57,307 nucleotides of DNA from an uncultured Gammaproteobacteria bacterium. Its GTDB lineage: Bacteria; Patescibacteriota; Patescibacteriia; UBA9570; JBBTWU01. Below the pieces are notes generated by a model. The model searched no databases. It was not told the DNA's origin and saw only the letters and a program-made list of their open reading frames with translations. Positions 54,629 to 57,307 of the stretch are shown here, in pieces (the stretch's first letter is position 1; every line of letters begins with the position of its first letter). Where the stretch lies: contig CAYIMB010000003.1 of assembly GCA_964364425.1 (NCBI GenBank), positions 1 through 57,307 of the forward strand, in the 5' to 3' direction. The position numbers and the translations under genes were made by a program.

Positions 54629-55551
54629 TTCAACCTGGCAAGGTCGTAGTGATAGGAGCCGGATTTGTGGGTTCCACGGCGGCCTACGCCATGTTGATAG
54701 AAGGGGTGGCGAGGGAGATTGTTATTCTTGATATTCATAAAGAAAAGGCAGAGGGTGAGGCCTTGGACCTGGAACATGGCATGCAATTTGTACCCGGAGC
54801 CAAAATGAGTTTTGGTACGGATTACAAATTAGTCAAAGGAGCACAGATTGTAGTCATTACTGCCGGGGCAAACCAAAAGCCGGGGCAAAGCCGGAGAGAT
54901 TTGTTTGTGATCAACGCCAATATAGTGAAATCTATTGTGAAGAGTGTGGTGGCGGTGAATAAGGAATGTATTATTCTCATGGTAACCAATCCGGTTGACG
55001 CGTTGACCTATGTGGCGTGGAAGGCCAGCGGTTTGCCGCGTGAACGTGTGTTTGGAAGTGGTACCACTTTGGACACTGCTCGCTTACGGTTTTATTTGGG
55101 CGAAATGATGGGTGTTTACCCTCAAGGTATTCATGCCTATATGCTAGGAGAACATGGAGACAGTGAATTCCCCGGCTGGTCTGCGGCCAGCGTTGGGGGT
55201 GTGGATTTACAAAAATCCAAAGTCTGGAATACAGCCAAGATGGAACAGGCGGCGCTAAAAACTAAACGGGCAGCGTATGAAATTATTTCCCGCAAAGGCG
55301 CAACATACTACGCTATTGGGTTGGTGATTGCCCGTTTGGTCAGAGATATGCTAGATGATACGCGTTCTATTATGCCTTTGTCTATGGTACTAAAAGGTGA
55401 GTATGGGTTGAACGGAGTTTCCCTTGGCGTACCAGCTGTTTTAGGAGCTTCCGGTGCCCAGATCAAACAAGAACTTCCCCTAAATGCGGAGGAAAAAAAG
55501 AAACTCCGCATTTCCGCCAAGATTATTAAAGATCTCATTGACAAGCTCTAG
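54625..55551 (+). CDS. ldh: L-lactate dehydrogenase
   Basis: GAGFVG; GANQKPG (Gln specificity residue); LDTARL; GEHGDS. Confidence 0.92.
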   Translation: MIQPGKVVVIGAGFVGSTAAYAMLIEGVAREIVILDIHKEKAEGEALDLEHGMQFVPGAKMSFGTDYKLVKGAQIVVITAGANQKPGQSRRDLFVINANIVKSIVKSVVAVNKECIILMVTNPVDALTYVAWKASGLPRERVFGSGTTLDTARLRFYLGEMMGVYPQGIHAYMLGEHGDSEFPGWSAASVGGVDLQKSKVWNTAKMEQAALKTKRAAYEIISRKGATYYAIGLVIARLVRDMLDDTRSIMPLSMVLKGEYGLNGVSLGVPAVLGASGAQIKQELPLNAEEKKKLRISAKIIKDLIDKL

Positions 55552-55586
55552 TCTAGGGGTAGAATGTCTACTACACGGAGTCGTAT

Positions 55587-55799
55587 ATGAACATCACCAA
55601 AGACACATTAATTGGCGAATTACTAGAGGAGCATCCGGAGGCGGAGGCAGTTATTCGTGAACACTTGGGAGATGTGGGTTGCTTGAATTGCCCCGGAAAA
55701 TATTTTGATACCTTGGAGGCGGGTGCCGCTTTGCACGGCATGAGCCCAGAGCAGATTGAAAGTATGATCAAAGCCATTAAGAAAAAAATAACTCCATAA
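55587..55799 (+). CDS. DUF1858-like small protein
   Basis: ITKD..IGE...HPE; GCLNC; HG. Confidence 0.75.
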   Translation: MNITKDTLIGELLEEHPEAEAVIREHLGDVGCLNCPGKYFDTLEAGAALHGMSPEQIESMIKAIKKKITP

Positions 55800-55802
55800 T
55801 CT

Positions 55803-55997
55803 ATGCGGATTTCAGCCCATCAACTATTCTGGGGCCTGCTTCTGATTATTTTGGGCTCTTTGCTCCTACTTTCCAATCTAGGGGTGATTAGCCAAGATAT
55901 TTGGAACTATTGGCCGCTCATTCTTATTCTCGTTGGATTGAAGTTACTTTTTCATGCCTATGGACACGCACACCACACCCCTCTTGATCACCAATAA
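55803..55997 (+). CDS. Small membrane protein (LiaI/LiaF, DUF5668-like)
   Basis: FWGLLLI..G..LLL.NLG...YWPLILI..G. Confidence 0.7.
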   Translation: MRISAHQLFWGLLLIILGSLLLLSNLGVISQDIWNYWPLILILVGLKLLFHAYGHAHHTPLDHQ

Positions 55998-57186
55998 CAC
56001 CACACTCCCGGTGCGGTATCATTCAGTCTGGCCGGGCATACTTGTTGGCTTAGTCAGTGGGTTTGTATTCAGTCTTGCCGGAGTATATTTTTTCCTCCTG
56101 GGACCAGGATTTGTTTGGCTGAACGCGGCACCTCAAACAGCCCAGTCTCTTTCACAAACGTTGGCTGTGCAGGAAGAATCAGCCACCATTGATGTGGTTA
56201 AAAAGGTAACGCCAGCGGTGGTGAGTATTGTTATTTCAAAAGAAATCAGTCAACGCAAATTTCCCTACGGACCAACTCCGTATGATGAATTTCAATCAGA
56301 TGGTTCTGGTTCGACTGAAAAAGTAGAAGTTGGTGGCGGGACAGGGTTTATTATTTCTTCTGATGGTTTGATTTTAACTAATCGGCATGTGGTGTCAGAT
56401 GAAACCGCAGAGTATACCGTTGTGTTGGATGACGGAACTGAGTATTCAGCTACAGTGCTAGGGCGTGACACATTTAATGATATAGCCGTGGTGAAGATTG
56501 AAGCTTCGGGATTGCCAACACTAGAGTTGGGTGATTCTGATTCTTTGCAACAAGGGCAAACGGTGATTGCCGTAGGAAACGTGTTGGCTTTGTATCAAAA
56601 TACGGTAACTAAAGGCATTGTATCTGGGTTGTCTAGAACCTTAGGCGGTGGAGTATTGTCAGATTTGATTCAAACTGACGCCGCTATTAATGAGGGCAAC
56701 TCCGGAGGTCCCATGATCAACTTACTTGGTCAGGTTGTGGGGATAAATACGGCAGTGGACCGGGCCGGTGAAGGGATTGGCTTTGCTATCCCCATTAATG
56801 AAGCTCGGGTGGTAGTGGAAACAGTCAAAGAGTTTGGTCATATTGTCAGGCCATACTTGGGCGTGCGCTACGTGATGATTGATGAAGAGTTGGCAGCCCA
56901 AAATAATCTGGCTTATAGTTATGGAGCGTTAGTCCAGTCTGATCCGTCCAAACCTAAACAACCCGCGGTCATTCCAGGCTCCCCGGCTGATTTAGCTGGT
57001 CTGGAAGCCAACGATATTATTTTAGAAATTAACGGAGTGAAAGTGGAAGGCGCTATAGGCTTGCCGAAAGCTCTGGAACAGTTCAAGGTGGGAGATACAG
57101 TGACCTTGAAGGTCTACCATGATGGCCAAGAAGTAGAGAAAACCGCCACTTTGGTTGAACGACCTCAGGACGCTGACAAAGAATGA
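55954..57186 (+). CDS. htrA: HtrA/DegP-like serine protease with PDZ domain
   Basis: TNRHVV, DIAVVK, QTDAAINEGNSGGP, GSPA..AG. Confidence 0.93.
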   Translation: MPMDTHTTPLLITNNTTLPVRYHSVWPGILVGLVSGFVFSLAGVYFFLLGPGFVWLNAAPQTAQSLSQTLAVQEESATIDVVKKVTPAVVSIVISKEISQRKFPYGPTPYDEFQSDGSGSTEKVEVGGGTGFIISSDGLILTNRHVVSDETAEYTVVLDDGTEYSATVLGRDTFNDIAVVKIEASGLPTLELGDSDSLQQGQTVIAVGNVLALYQNTVTKGIVSGLSRTLGGGVLSDLIQTDAAINEGNSGGPMINLLGQVVGINTAVDRAGEGIGFAIPINEARVVVETVKEFGHIVRPYLGVRYVMIDEELAAQNNLAYSYGALVQSDPSKPKQPAVIPGSPADLAGLEANDIILEINGVKVEGAIGLPKALEQFKVGDTVTLKVYHDGQEVEKTATLVERPQDADKE

Positions 57187-57307
57187 AGGAATATCTGCAA
57201 CAATTAAACGAGCTGAAAGTTCGGATTGATCACACTTGGCAGTTGATTCATGTGGATCAACTTGAGGCTCGCGTATCCGAAGTAGAAGGACTCATGGCAG
57301 CTCCTGA
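57183..57307 (+). CDS. prfB: Probable peptide chain release factor 2, 5' end (runs off the window)
   Basis: MKEYLQQLNELKVRIDHTWQLIHVDQLEARVSEVEGLMAAP resembles the RF2 N-terminus leading to P-D-F-W. Confidence 0.55.
   Translation, partial: MKEYLQQLNELKVRIDHTWQLIHVDQLEARVSEVEGLMAAP

Overview
57.3 kb of a small-genome bacterial chromosome. Gene content (TrbC/VirB2-type pilin-led giant surface protein, short RSH, NrdJ, apparently leaderless promoters) suggests Patescibacteria/CPR, possibly ABY1-like; this is inference only. The backbone is housekeeping: parAB, rel, topA, dprA, mfd, pth, der, lepB, hisS, rpsU, ybeY, dgkA, ftsAZ, nrdR, nrdJ, ldh, htrA and the 5' end of probable prfB. It also carries an MNT-HEPN toxin-antitoxin pair, a LAGLIDADG gene and a 2832-aa adhesin-like gene. 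No tRNA, rRNA, CRISPR array, transposase or reverse transcriptase was recognised. The most notable unannotated signals are: (1) a ~200-nt sRNA candidate (16800-17000) with two long hairpins that both display the anti-Shine-Dalgarno hexaloop CCCUCC; (2) four unrelated, GC-rich, SD-led genes that all end in a boxA-like YGCACCTT(C/G)A motif directly followed by a hairpin; (3) a ~95-bp dispersed repeat with a compensatory base change and a Kt-7-like kink-turn, beside clusters of 10-16-bp palindromes; (4) a candidate vitamin B12 capture-activation-use module (riboswitch, transcobalamin-like lipoprotein, S-component-like transporter, two CobO/BtuR, flavin reductase, NrdJ); (5) rpsU with a strong SD, no canonical start codon and an overlapping uORF; (6) an over-represented 9-mer, GAAAATCGA. 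All calls were made by eye, without database searches.
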